A DNA stretch of 64,000 nt from Clostridia bacterium (GTDB lineage: Bacteria; Bacillota; Clostridia; Oscillospirales; CAG-272), in assembly GCA_017463065.1 (NCBI GenBank), contig JAFTPX010000009.1:13256-77255 (forward strand), read 5' to 3'. The translations under genes and the position numbers were made by a program. Under the pieces are notes generated by a model, which made no database searches, was not told the DNA's origin, and saw only the letters and a list, made by a program, of their open reading frames with translations. Below are positions 1 to 9,408 of the stretch, piece by piece (positions within the stretch are counted from its first letter, which is position 1; the number at the start of each line of letters is the position of its first letter).

Positions 1-83
1 GACATAAAGCCGCAAGGCAAATCTAAATCCGTATCTCTATTGTATCACAAAAATTTTGAAAATGCAATAGGAGGCATGAAAAA

Positions 84-1058
84 ATGAACAACAATTCCAA
101 TTCTTTGGTTATCACCCAACAGTACCCCGTTGAAAAATACAATTTGCTTGTATCTATGCAGACCGTCGCGGAGATCTCGGACATCCAAAAGCCCGTGATG
201 AACGTCGTTTCGATCAGCACGAACCTCAACGACAAAGAGATCTACGAGCAGGAGAAGGGCTACGGGCCTAACCCGGCGAAATACGCCATCACCAAAAAGG
301 GCCTTACGAAGCTCATGAGAGCGGCAGGGATCAAGATCGTTTCCTCCCGCCCGGTCATTCCTTCGACGTGCCAAAAGTGCGCACAGATCAACGCAAGCAT
401 CGGCAAACCCGTCAACTGCGGAGCTTGCTCCAATAAAGACGTCAAGTATGAGGTGAGAATCAGCGTACCACAGCTTACGGGCGAGAATATCGAAATCGTC
501 GCTCATAAGGAAATTTTCGTCGCAGACGTTGTAAAAGGAATGTCGGACAAGCAGGCGGCGGAATTCATCAAATTCAGAAACGAAATGTGCGAGAGCAAAG
601 CCCTCAACCGCGCATTGAGAACCGCGATGCAGATCAAGGGGACTTACCTCCTCGAAGAATTCAAAAAGCCTTTTGTGGTCGCATACCTCGTTCCCAACCT
701 CGACAACGACGCAGTAAAGGAAAGAGCAATCGATAGCTTCTTTGCTTCCAAAAACGAGCTCTACGGCGGGAACAACGATGCCGCCCGCAGAACCGTTTAC
801 GTGGAAGACGACCCGGAGGATCTCGACGGAGGCGCATACGAAGCGCATCAGACCCCGATTGAGCCCGCCGCGGCACCGGAGATCGCAGAACCTACACCCG
901 CCCCTGCACCCGTAAAGCAGAACGGACCGGCAGACCCGAACATCTGCGTAAAATGCGGCGCGAAGATCTCCAACGGCGTTTCCAACTACTCCATCGAGAA
1001 CTACGGACAGCCTTACTGCATGACCTGCCAACGCTCTATGGGAGGTGAAAAACAATGA
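84..1058 (+). CDS. Recombination-module protein with two zinc ribbons; possible Rad52/Sak-type single-strand annealing protein
   Basis: ATG preceded by AGGAGG. Cys pairs STCQKC..CGAC and CVKC..CMTC. The ESKALNRALRTA segment weakly resembles the Rad52-type SSAP motif. Lies directly upstream of the SbcCD-like nuclease. Confidence 0.45.
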   Translation: MNNNSNSLVITQQYPVEKYNLLVSMQTVAEISDIQKPVMNVVSISTNLNDKEIYEQEKGYGPNPAKYAITKKGLTKLMRAAGIKIVSSRPVIPSTCQKCAQINASIGKPVNCGACSNKDVKYEVRISVPQLTGENIEIVAHKEIFVADVVKGMSDKQAAEFIKFRNEMCESKALNRALRTAMQIKGTYLLEEFKKPFVVAYLVPNLDNDAVKERAIDSFFASKNELYGGNNDAARRTVYVEDDPEDLDGGAYEAHQTPIEPAAAPEIAEPTPAPAPVKQNGPADPNICVKCGAKISNGVSNYSIENYGQPYCMTCQRSMGGEKQ

Positions 1059-1414
1059 TTGCTATCTTATCACAGGACAGAAAGAACATCCTCAACGCCG
1101 ACTCGGTGGAGCGGATCTACGTTGATGGAAACACGATCTACGCGAAAACCCTCACCGGGACCGTTACGGAACTCGGCACATACGAGAAGACTGAAAACAT
1201 CGCAAAGGTGATGCTCTACATCGGATTCGCAAGCGCGGCGGCGAAGGACGGCGGCAAGCTCGTCGTCGTTCCCTCCGAGGAAACCGTCGGAAACGAAAAA
1301 GAGATCGCCGCGAAAGCACTTGCGGCCATGTGCAAAGATGGGACGGTCGATGTTAAGATCGCCCCGGAACTCAAAGCCTACCTCGACAAAATGAAAGGCG
1401 GTGAGGGTAAATGA
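1055..1414 (+). CDS. Hypothetical phage protein
   Basis: ATGA start/stop overlap with the upstream gene. GGAGGTG RBS 7 nt upstream. No recognisable motif. Confidence 0.6.
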   Translation: MIAILSQDRKNILNADSVERIYVDGNTIYAKTLTGTVTELGTYEKTENIAKVMLYIGFASAAAKDGGKLVVVPSEETVGNEKEIAAKALAAMCKDGTVDVKIAPELKAYLDKMKGGEGK

Positions 1415-4400
1415 GTATTAAGGTTCTTCATTCGGGGGATTGGCACATCGGGACCTACCCCGGCCCGGAAAAGAACGGCGAAAACGTGAGATTCCTCGAC
1501 ATCTGCCATTGCCTCGACGCCCTTGTAAAAAGGGCGGGCGAGGAAAACCCCGACATCATCGTTATCGCAGGTGACATATTCCACCAAGCAAAGGTTTGGG
1601 CAGATCGCGGACTCCGTGAAAACAGGACAGCGACGCACTACGTCAGACAGCTTTCAATGATCGCGCCGGTAGTGATCGTCAGAGGCACTCCAAACCATGA
1701 CTCGGAGCAACAGTTTCAGAGCCTCGAAAACACGTTCCTACACGACGACAGCGTTCACATCATCACCGAGCCGCAAGTGAAAAAGATTTATACCTACCAC
1801 GGCGGCGCGGTACAGATCGCAGGGCTTCCCGGCTTCGACAGAGGCTTCTACAGAGCAAAGCATCCGGGACTCTCCAAAGAGGAGGAAAACGAGGTATTCA
1901 CCGAGGAACTTGCCAACCTCATTCTCGGTTTGAAAGCGTCTTGCGAGGTAGGCACACCTACGATCCTCGTTTCCCACTTCACGATCCCCGGCTGTAATAT
2001 GGAAAGCGGGCAGACCCAATTCTTCTCACAGTTTGAGCCCGTTGTTTACCCCGACACCCTTATGGCGGCGGGCTTCGACCTTAACTGCTTCGGCCATATC
2101 CACAGACCCCAACAGATCAAGGAGGCGGGAAACACCTTCTACTGCGGCGCGGTATCGGCGATGAACTTCAATGACGAGGGGCAGGAACGCGGATTCTATA
2201 TCCATTTCATTGACGAAGAAAAGGACAGAGCGGTATATAGCCATTTTTATACTCTCCCTACAAGAAAATTTAAGACAATCAGCCTCGAAGATGAAGACGT
2301 GGCGGCGATAAACGAGGGAAACGCGGTCATTGCCGAGGACGTTTGCGAAAAGATCGTTCGAGTGCTTTACAACTGCACTGACGAACATAACAAGGCGTTC
2401 AACAAAGCCGCGCTCGAACAACAGCTTTACAGCGCGGGAGCGTTTTGGGTACAGGAGATCACCCCGCAGAAAATCACCGTTTCCGTGAATAAGGACAGCC
2501 TATCCGACGAAAGCGGCCCGGAAGAAAACCTCCGTCAGTATTTCGAGGAGAAGGGCTACGAACCGGCAAAGATCGCAGAGATCATCGAGGCGGCCCGCCC
2601 CTACATTTCGGAGGCTACCGAGAATACCAAGGGCGGCGCAAAAAGCGGATTGTTCACCCCGTTGCGAATCGAAGTGAAGAACTACCGCAACTACCGGGAG
2701 GAGTCTTTCGACTTCGACGGCATCCGCTTCTGCACGATCAACGGCGAAAACGGCGCGGGGAAGTCAAGCCTGTTCATGGACGCAATGCTCGACGCGCTTT
2801 ACGAAGAACCCCGAGAAGGAGATCTCACCGGGTGGATCTGCAACGATCCCGAGGTAAGAAGCGGCGCGATTCAATTTACGTTCAGCATCGGAGACAGCAC
2901 CTACCGCGTCACGAGAACCCGCCAAAAGAGCGGCAAGGCAACGTTGAACCTATCCGAACTTGTAGACGGCGAATGGCAGGACCGTTCCGCAGAGCGCTAC
3001 AAGGACACGCAGAACATCATCACGCAGACCATCGGAATGGATAGCCTCACCTTTAAGGCTTGCGCCCTTATCATGCAGGATCAGTACGGTTTATTCCTGC
3101 AGGCTGACAAAGAGGCGCGAATGACGATTCTCGGGAACATTCTCGGCCTCGGCGTTTACGAGAAAATGGAGGATCTTGCGGCCGATTCCCTAACCAAGAG
3201 AAACCGTGAGATCAGAGCTTTGCAGGACAGGGTGACGGACGTCACCGCAAAACTTCCCGACGCGGATGCCCTCGCCGCCGAAATCGAGGATGCGGAGTCA
3301 TACATCGCTCACTTTCAAGGCGCCGTAAAAGAAAAGGCGGCAGAGATCGACAGCACAAAGGTACGACTCAACACGAAGGTAGAAGCCGCGCAAAGGGCGG
3401 TCAGAATTCAAACGAACATCGCCTCCCTTTCCCAAAAGCTCGCAGGAGCGACCGCCAACAAGACATCGCAGACGCTTATAGCTAACGGGGCCATGGCAGT
3501 ATTGAGCGAGGAGGCGGCGATCAAGGCAGGCGTGGCGGAATATGAAGCCCTGCTCGAAAAGGAAAAGGCCCTCATCTCTGCAAGGGACCGCCGGGACGAT
3601 CTACGAAAGCAAAAGGACAAGCTCGCCGCAGAAATGCAAGCCCTCGACGGGGACCTGACGAAAATTGTATCGGATATGTCGGAGGCCGTAAGAGCCTTCA
3701 ACAGAATCGAAGACCTCCTCGCCGGTGAAGAATTCCTCAAAATGAAACACGACGAATACCACGAGGCGTCCGACAAGTTGGAGGAGCTTCAAGCGGCATT
3801 CCCCGAATACACCGATCTCGTTAGCAAGCACAACGCCGCTATGATGGCATTTGCAGACTTGGACAGCAAGACAGCCGCAGAGCGCAAAGCTCGCCTCGCT
3901 GAGATCAAGGCGCTCACGCAGAGAGTGGAGCTCCTCGAAAACAGCGGGTGCCCGATCTCGGAGAAAGCGTCTTGCAGATTCCTTGCAGATGCACTCGAAG
4001 CAAAGGCCATCCTCCCCGAAAAGCACAAAGAGTACGATCAATTCGAGGCAGACGCCGCGCAAAGCGTCGCAAGAGCGCGCGAGAGCGTTGATTTGACGCT
4101 GAAAGCGGTACAGGCAAACAAGTACACCCCGGAGGGGGTTGCGCGTTTGCAGAGCCTTGTGGAGCGTTTGAGAGCGCATGAGGATAAATACCTCGCCCTC
4201 GACCGGGAAAAGGAAAAGGCGGCAGAGCTGAAAAAGAAGATCGAAGATCTCAAGGAACGGGCAAGCACCACCGACGGAAAGATGAAAGCGGTGGAGACGG
4301 AGTACGTTGCGGCTTGTGAAAGCCTCGCCACGGCGGAAACAGCCGCAGAGGGATATGACCTCCTCGCCGTTCAGATCAAGAACGCCCGTGTGTGGCTCGA

Positions 4401-5256
4401 CAAAGAAAAGGATCTTCCCGTCGCCCGTGAAAGACTTACGGCGGCTACGGCCCGAATCAACGAACTCGATGCCGAAATCGCACAGATCGAAGCGGAAATC
4501 GCCGAAAAGAAAGCGGAACACGCCCACGAGAAGCAAACCTCGGAGGGCGCAGAGGAATTGAGGGGTTATGTATCGCAGGAAGAAACCGCTATCGCCTATT
4601 GGCAGGAAGAAATCAGAAAACAATCCATGAAGCTCGGCGCATTGCGAAAGCAGGAGGAAAACGCCGCCGCCGACAGAGCGACGGTTGCGGAGCTTATGGA
4701 GCAGACCGAAAGTATCGGCAAGCTTGCCGCGATTGACGACGACCTCAAAAAAGCATTCTCGCAGGACGGCATCCCGCACAACGTGATCCGCTCCATCATC
4801 CCGATCTTCGAGGCAACGGCAACGGGCATCCTCGGGCAGATGAGCGGCGGTAAAATGAGCGTTGAATTTGTTACCGAAAAAGTCTTGAAGTCCAACAACA
4901 AGAAAGAGGTAACGACCCTTGACATCATCATCAACGACTGCAACACCGGGCGACTGCCTTACATGAGCAGGAGCGGCGGCGAAAGAGTGAAATCCGCGCT
5001 TTCAGTTATCCTTGCACTCTCGGAGATCAAAAGCACAAAAGCCGGAGTACAACTCGGATTCTTATTCGTGGATGAACCTCCGTTCTTAGACGGGCAAGGC
5101 GTACAGGCATACTGCGACGCATTGGAAGCGATTCAGAACCGCTACTCGACGTTGAAGATCATGGCGATCACTCACGACCCGACCATGAAATCGAGATTCC
5201 CGCAGAGCGTAACGATCTACAAAGACGCGAATAGCAGTCACGTTATGATGGATTAA
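1411..5256 (+). CDS. Fused SbcD/Mre11-type nuclease and SbcC/Rad50-type ATPase (single 1281-aa polypeptide)
   Basis: N-terminal phosphoesterase motifs GDWHIG, GDIFH, GTPNHD, GHIHRP. From ~aa 405: Walker A NGENGAGKSS, a long coiled coil, signature SRSGGER, Walker B FLFVDEPP and H-loop ITHDP. Confidence 0.85.
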   Translation: MSIKVLHSGDWHIGTYPGPEKNGENVRFLDICHCLDALVKRAGEENPDIIVIAGDIFHQAKVWADRGLRENRTATHYVRQLSMIAPVVIVRGTPNHDSEQQFQSLENTFLHDDSVHIITEPQVKKIYTYHGGAVQIAGLPGFDRGFYRAKHPGLSKEEENEVFTEELANLILGLKASCEVGTPTILVSHFTIPGCNMESGQTQFFSQFEPVVYPDTLMAAGFDLNCFGHIHRPQQIKEAGNTFYCGAVSAMNFNDEGQERGFYIHFIDEEKDRAVYSHFYTLPTRKFKTISLEDEDVAAINEGNAVIAEDVCEKIVRVLYNCTDEHNKAFNKAALEQQLYSAGAFWVQEITPQKITVSVNKDSLSDESGPEENLRQYFEEKGYEPAKIAEIIEAARPYISEATENTKGGAKSGLFTPLRIEVKNYRNYREESFDFDGIRFCTINGENGAGKSSLFMDAMLDALYEEPREGDLTGWICNDPEVRSGAIQFTFSIGDSTYRVTRTRQKSGKATLNLSELVDGEWQDRSAERYKDTQNIITQTIGMDSLTFKACALIMQDQYGLFLQADKEARMTILGNILGLGVYEKMEDLAADSLTKRNREIRALQDRVTDVTAKLPDADALAAEIEDAESYIAHFQGAVKEKAAEIDSTKVRLNTKVEAAQRAVRIQTNIASLSQKLAGATANKTSQTLIANGAMAVLSEEAAIKAGVAEYEALLEKEKALISARDRRDDLRKQKDKLAAEMQALDGDLTKIVSDMSEAVRAFNRIEDLLAGEEFLKMKHDEYHEASDKLEELQAAFPEYTDLVSKHNAAMMAFADLDSKTAAERKARLAEIKALTQRVELLENSGCPISEKASCRFLADALEAKAILPEKHKEYDQFEADAAQSVARARESVDLTLKAVQANKYTPEGVARLQSLVERLRAHEDKYLALDREKEKAAELKKKIEDLKERASTTDGKMKAVETEYVAACESLATAETAAEGYDLLAVQIKNARVWLDKEKDLPVARERLTAATARINELDAEIAQIEAEIAEKKAEHAHEKQTSEGAEELRGYVSQEETAIAYWQEEIRKQSMKLGALRKQEENAAADRATVAELMEQTESIGKLAAIDDDLKKAFSQDGIPHNVIRSIIPIFEATATGILGQMSGGKMSVEFVTEKVLKSNNKKEVTTLDIIINDCNTGRLPYMSRSGGERVKSALSVILALSEIKSTKAGVQLGFLFVDEPPFLDGQGVQAYCDALEAIQNRYSTLKIMAITHDPTMKSRFPQSVTIYKDANSSHVMMD

Positions 5257-5322
5257 AACAAAAGCAAAAACGGTCCGCCGGGGAGAGTCCCTCCCCGGCA
5301 ACCGAGAAACGGAGGTGAAGCA

Positions 5323-6201
5323 ATGGGACGACCAAAAAAACAAACGGTTGATTACTTCCCGCATTTTGTGGAAGGAACGCGCCGGACTCTTTTCGTTTTG
5401 GAAGAGGAATGGAGAAACGACGGCTACGCTTTTTGGTTCAAGCTGTTGGAGCTGTTGTGCAAGAGCGACGGCCACTATTTCGACATATCTTCCCCGGCAG
5501 ATCAAAAATACCTATGCGCCTTTGCAAAGGTCCCGCAGGACACAGCGACGGAAATACTCAACACCCTTGCAGAGCTCGGTAAAATTGACCGGGAGTTATG
5601 GGAGAACCGAAAGATCATTTGGTGTCAATCCTTGGTTGACAATTTGAAAGGGCTTTACGACAAACGCACCACGCAGATGCCTACAAAGCCCGTTTTCGAG
5701 GAGATAAAACCCGAAAACGAAACAAAAAATTCCGAAACGGAAATTTCCGACACGGAAACACCGCCGAAGCCCGCAGAACCGCCGGAGCCCGCAGAGCCGC
5801 CGAAACCGAAAGGTCCAAAGCAATCCGTTTCGAAAGCAGACATAGACGCATTCTTTGAACACCTTTGGAAACTATACCCCGTAAAAAAAGGCAAAGGGCA
5901 AGTTTCCGATGCGGCCAAAAAAAGACTCTTCTCCATAGGCAAAGAAGAAATGGAAAGAGCGATTGAGCGATATTTGAAAGAGCTGAAAAAGGACAGCGAA
6001 TGGCGCAAGCCTCAAAACGGAAGCACATTCTTTAACTCGGGATATATAGACTACCTTGATGCCAATTTTACACCGCAAGAAGAGGCGGGAAAGAACGGAG
6101 GTGCAGGCGATCATGGGCAAACTGAAACACCTACGGGTAATAATGGATCAACAGCATACGGAGGATTCAAGCCGTCAACAGGATTCAAGCCGAAATTCTA
6201 A
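5323..6201 (+). CDS. Replisome organizer / replication initiator (DUF4373-like N-terminus, DnaD-like C-terminus)
   Basis: The N-terminal GRPKK..DYFPH..FWFKLLELL pattern is typical of Lin1244/DUF4373 phage replication proteins. The C-terminal FFEHLWKLYPVKKGKG..TFFNSGYIDYL is organizer/DnaD-like. GGAGGTG RBS. Followed by a DnaC-like loader. Confidence 0.6.
   Translation: MGRPKKQTVDYFPHFVEGTRRTLFVLEEEWRNDGYAFWFKLLELLCKSDGHYFDISSPADQKYLCAFAKVPQDTATEILNTLAELGKIDRELWENRKIIWCQSLVDNLKGLYDKRTTQMPTKPVFEEIKPENETKNSETEISDTETPPKPAEPPEPAEPPKPKGPKQSVSKADIDAFFEHLWKLYPVKKGKGQVSDAAKKRLFSIGKEEMERAIERYLKELKKDSEWRKPQNGSTFFNSGYIDYLDANFTPQEEAGKNGGAGDHGQTETPTGNNGSTAYGGFKPSTGFKPKF
5691..5805 (+). repeat. Cluster of short repeats inside the organizer gene: GTTTTCG/CCGAAAAC inverted pair, 12-bp palindrome CGGAAATTTCCG, and an 18-nt tandem x2.5
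   Basis: cgttttcg at 5691-5698 and ccgaaaac at 5711-5718. Perfect palindrome cggaaatttccg at 5738-5749. ccgccgRagcccgcagaR tandem at 5761-5796 plus a partial third copy. Confidence 0.6.
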
Positions 6202-6250
6202 TAACGACGGTTTCATATCCTCTGTTGATGCGATCAGACGCGGAGTCCCG

Positions 6251-7075
6251 ATGAAAACAGAGCCCCCGCCTCCCGATGTATGTCAGTTTTGCGGGAAAGA
6301 ACACCCGCGAAACGGCGTATTGCTTTGGGGTTGCGTCGTATCTTGGCAACCGTTCCCGGAACGCTGTAACTGCCCGGAGGCCGTGAAGTATTGGGAGCAA
6401 TACGACGCGGATCAGCAAGAGGCAGAAAAGGCAGAACGGGAAGAAAACGAACGCAAGGCAAAGCGGGAGAAGATCGAGAAGCTACTCGGCAAGAGCGGCA
6501 TCAAAAAGCGATTCCGGGGCAGGACCTTCGAGAACTTTATAACAGACACACCGGGACGCACCCGGGCATACAAGATCGCCCGCCGATACGCGGAAACATT
6601 CTCGGAGCGGTACGCAAACGGCGACGGGCTTTACATCGAGGGGACGAACGGGACCGGCAAGACTCACCTTGCAGGAGCTATCGCGCTCCACCTCATAAAC
6701 AAGGGCATCCCCGTCGTATGCAAGACTGCGGATGATTTACTGCACGACATCAAGAAAGCATACGAAGACGAACACACCAAAGAGAGCGCGGTGCTCGACG
6801 CATACAAAAGCGTTGATTTGCTTATCATCGACGATCTCGGAAAAGAGCAATGCTCCGATTGGGGAATAACGAACCTATACACGATCATAAACGACCGCTA
6901 CGAAGACATGAAGCCCACGATCATCACGACGAATTACAGCACCGAGGATCTCAAAAGAGCCTTGACACCCAAGGGCTTTGACAGCGGGAAAATCGCGGCG
7001 ATCATCAGCCGGTTGTGGGAAACCTCGACCGTTATCACAATGGCGTGGGAAGATGCAAGACTCACGCAGAAATAG
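6251..7075 (+). CDS. DnaC/IstB-like helicase-loader AAA+ ATPase
   Basis: Walker A GTNGTGKTH and Walker B LLIIDDLG. N-terminal Cys cluster CQFC..CNC. Start chosen at ATG 6251 (GGAG upstream). The track ORF extends to 6056 across the upstream gene. Confidence 0.8.
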   Translation: MKTEPPPPDVCQFCGKEHPRNGVLLWGCVVSWQPFPERCNCPEAVKYWEQYDADQQEAEKAEREENERKAKREKIEKLLGKSGIKKRFRGRTFENFITDTPGRTRAYKIARRYAETFSERYANGDGLYIEGTNGTGKTHLAGAIALHLINKGIPVVCKTADDLLHDIKKAYEDEHTKESAVLDAYKSVDLLIIDDLGKEQCSDWGITNLYTIINDRYEDMKPTIITTNYSTEDLKRALTPKGFDSGKIAAIISRLWETSTVITMAWEDARLTQK

Positions 7076-7086
7076 GAGGAACGCAA

Positions 7087-7404
7087 ATGTTCAAGAATTT
7101 AACGCAACTAAAGAAAGCACTTGTCCCCGGCGCAAAGTTTGAGATCATCGCCCATTGCCGCCCCGAGTGCGTAGGACAGCACCGCATGGTGAACATCGCA
7201 AATACAATGGGCTTTTACAGCATCATTCCCGACGAACCCCAAAGCAAGGTCACGAACGCGAATTGCGGGAAGGGATCTTGGCTTGGTTGGAGCAAATCCG
7301 CGTATTGGGAATTCGACGGCGATACCGCCACCCTGTACGACAACGACGAACTCCACACCGAGGACCGCTTGATCATCAAGATCAGAGTGGAGGGCGCGGC
7401 ATGA
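7087..7404 (+). CDS. Hypothetical phage protein
   Basis: ATG 7087 with AGGAGG RBS. No recognisable motif. Confidence 0.55.
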   Translation: MFKNLTQLKKALVPGAKFEIIAHCRPECVGQHRMVNIANTMGFYSIIPDEPQSKVTNANCGKGSWLGWSKSAYWEFDGDTATLYDNDELHTEDRLIIKIRVEGAA

Positions 7405-7754
7405 CACCCGAAGCCCTAACATACAGTCAGCGAATACACAAAGAATACTGCGAAGAGCACCCGAATTATTTCGCTTGCGGATCGCGTAGCGTCCCAACGT
7501 TGGTAAAAAAAGCAGAAGAGGAAGCGGCGCAAATACTCAAAGAGTTTTCAGTCTTTTACCGCGGGGATATTGGCATAAAGATAGAGCCAAAATTCCATGA
7601 ATTGTGTTACAGCATCACGGCTACGCTCACAGTCAACGGAGAGCCGGTAATGACGGAAGACCCCTGCGACCTTTTGTTTCTGCATTTGAACGAAATCATG
7701 CTGAACCGAATGATACAGTTAGGATTCACTCGGCAAAAAGGAGGCAACACATGA
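7401..7754 (+). CDS. Hypothetical phage protein
   Basis: ATGA overlap with the upstream stop. The in-frame upstream extension in the track overlaps the previous gene. Confidence 0.5.
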   Translation: MTPEALTYSQRIHKEYCEEHPNYFACGSRSVPTLVKKAEEEAAQILKEFSVFYRGDIGIKIEPKFHELCYSITATLTVNGEPVMTEDPCDLLFLHLNEIMLNRMIQLGFTRQKGGNT

Positions 7755-8326
7755 ACCACAGATACCTCAAAGGATCAGAAAACAGCGTAGAGCGCGTGGA
7801 GCTCGATATCGAGAAGCCGAACGGCGACACCGTCGCATGTACGGTCAACGTCGATTTGCTTCTTTGCGGCGTTTACATCTTCCCTTGCGAGGATGGGACG
7901 GACGCAAAACTGACGCTCGAACAGAAGCGGGATATCCTCGTTCTCGTTACCGAGGAGCGGGAGAAGATCATCAACGAGGTCACGATTAAATCACGACAGA
8001 GTTGGCACGACAGCGGCCTCGGGACCTTCAATGAATATTTCTTACCGGGAGACACGGTTGCGGAAGATGTTGTTGACTATTTCATGGACATCGTTCCCCC
8101 GGTAGTTTTGAGAAAAAACCTCCTGCAAGTCGGGGAAGCACACAACTACGAGTTTGACCCCGAAAAAGGCAAGATGCGAAGCACCTTTGCGACGTTCTAC
8201 AAGGCGGAGGGCGAATGGAAATTTGCAGGGTACTGTTTCCTTGGCGAAACGAAAAACAGGGTTACAAGGCCCGGTAGGATCGCCGAGAAGCTCGCAGAGG
8301 TGGAACACCTCATTCAAAAGAAATAA
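7751..8326 (+). CDS. Hypothetical phage protein
   Basis: ATGA overlap with the upstream stop. 191 aa. No recognisable motif. Confidence 0.55.
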   Translation: MNHRYLKGSENSVERVELDIEKPNGDTVACTVNVDLLLCGVYIFPCEDGTDAKLTLEQKRDILVLVTEEREKIINEVTIKSRQSWHDSGLGTFNEYFLPGDTVAEDVVDYFMDIVPPVVLRKNLLQVGEAHNYEFDPEKGKMRSTFATFYKAEGEWKFAGYCFLGETKNRVTRPGRIAEKLAEVEHLIQKK

Positions 8327-8351
8327 AAAAGACATCGTAAGGAGAACAACC

Positions 8352-9404
8352 ATGAGATTATTTTCCACAGAACAAGTATCAAAGTACCATCCCGATAAGT
8401 ACGCGGATCAGATCAGCGACGCGATCCTCACCGCTTGCTTGCAGGAAGACCCGGACAGCCGTGTAGCCTGCGAGTGCATGGTGAAAGGCAAAACCGTCAT
8501 TCTCGCCGGAGAGATCACCACCAACGCAAAGATCAATTACGGCGACATTGCTTGCCGCGTCGGAAGCAAGCTCCGTTACCCCGTCCGCCAAGTGCTGACC
8601 TACATCGAAACGCAGTCACCCGAAATCGCAGGCGGCGTGAAGAGCGGAGAAGATCTCCGCGCCGGGGATCAAGGCATCATGTTCGGCTACGCTTGCAATC
8701 AGACCGAAAGCGGCTTACCGTATGCGTTCGATTTGGCGAACAAGATCATCGCCCTCATCGAAAACGATTCAGAGCAACCGAGATCAGCCCTCAAAGGCGA
8801 CGCAAAATGCCAAGTGACCGTTGACCTCGACAAGCCCGCAGACAACCGTAGCCTCGTGGAAATCCTTATCAGCGTATGCCACAAAGAGGAATACAGCCTC
8901 GAGGAGATCCGCAAATACGTTGAGGGGCTTGTGGTATTCAGCGGCACCGGCATCGGAGAAGCAACGCTCAACATCAACCCGGCAGGAAGATGGACCATCG
9001 GCGGTCCGACGGCAGACTGCGGACTCACGGGAAGAAAGATCGTGTGCGATCAGTACGGCGGCTTTTGCCCCGTAGGCGGCGGAGCGTTTTCGGGCAAAGA
9101 CCCCTCAAAGGTTGACCGCTCGGCGGCTTACATGGCAAACGTGATCGCCCGCGACCTCGTGGAGAACCACGACCTCGAATGGTGCGAAGTACAGCTCGCT
9201 TACGCCATCGGGGAAGCACAGCCCATGAGCGTAACCGTCAAGAGCAACAGACCGCGCATCGACAGCAAGCTCGCAGAGGCCGTGAGAGAAACCTACGACC
9301 TCACTCCCTACGGGATCATCACTTACCTCGATCTCCTCAACGTGGACTACGAGAAGCTCGCAGAGGGCTGTCACTACCGCATGGAGCTCCCGAAAAGAGG
9401 GTAG
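8352..9404 (+). CDS. metK: S-adenosylmethionine synthetase (methionine adenosyltransferase), phage-encoded, ~350 aa
   Basis: MetK hallmarks HPDKYADQISDAIL, AGDQGIMFGYA, GGPTADCGLTGRKIV and GGGAFSGKDPSKVDRSAAY. ATG 8352 with GGAGAA RBS. Confidence 0.9.
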   Translation: MRLFSTEQVSKYHPDKYADQISDAILTACLQEDPDSRVACECMVKGKTVILAGEITTNAKINYGDIACRVGSKLRYPVRQVLTYIETQSPEIAGGVKSGEDLRAGDQGIMFGYACNQTESGLPYAFDLANKIIALIENDSEQPRSALKGDAKCQVTVDLDKPADNRSLVEILISVCHKEEYSLEEIRKYVEGLVVFSGTGIGEATLNINPAGRWTIGGPTADCGLTGRKIVCDQYGGFCPVGGGAFSGKDPSKVDRSAAYMANVIARDLVENHDLEWCEVQLAYAIGEAQPMSVTVKSNRPRIDSKLAEAVRETYDLTPYGIITYLDLLNVDYEKLAEGCHYRMELPKRG

Positions 9405-9408
9405 GCAC

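Noticed and set aside
40-68. A possible promoter TTGTAT-17-TGCAAT at the window start.
   Set aside because: The -10 element is weak. The predicted transcript start would fall inside the RBS of the first gene, and the context is truncated by the window edge.
5277-5299. A GC-rich 9-bp hairpin between the sbcCD-like and organizer genes. A similar hairpin (gggcggg-GAAA-cccgccc) lies at 51002-51019.
   Set aside because: Neither has a T tract in the + direction; the A tracts lie upstream. They would only terminate antisense transcription, and no minus-strand promoter was found for them. Not called as terminators.
6056-6250. An N-terminal extension of the DnaC-like ORF. Similar in-frame upstream extensions occur at 7015, 7155, 7604, 8154, 11901, 18459, 19894, 27749, 46593 and 46931.
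   Set aside because: The extensions overlap the preceding motif-bearing genes. Internal starts with good RBS spacing or ATGA coupling give compact, non-overlapping gene models.
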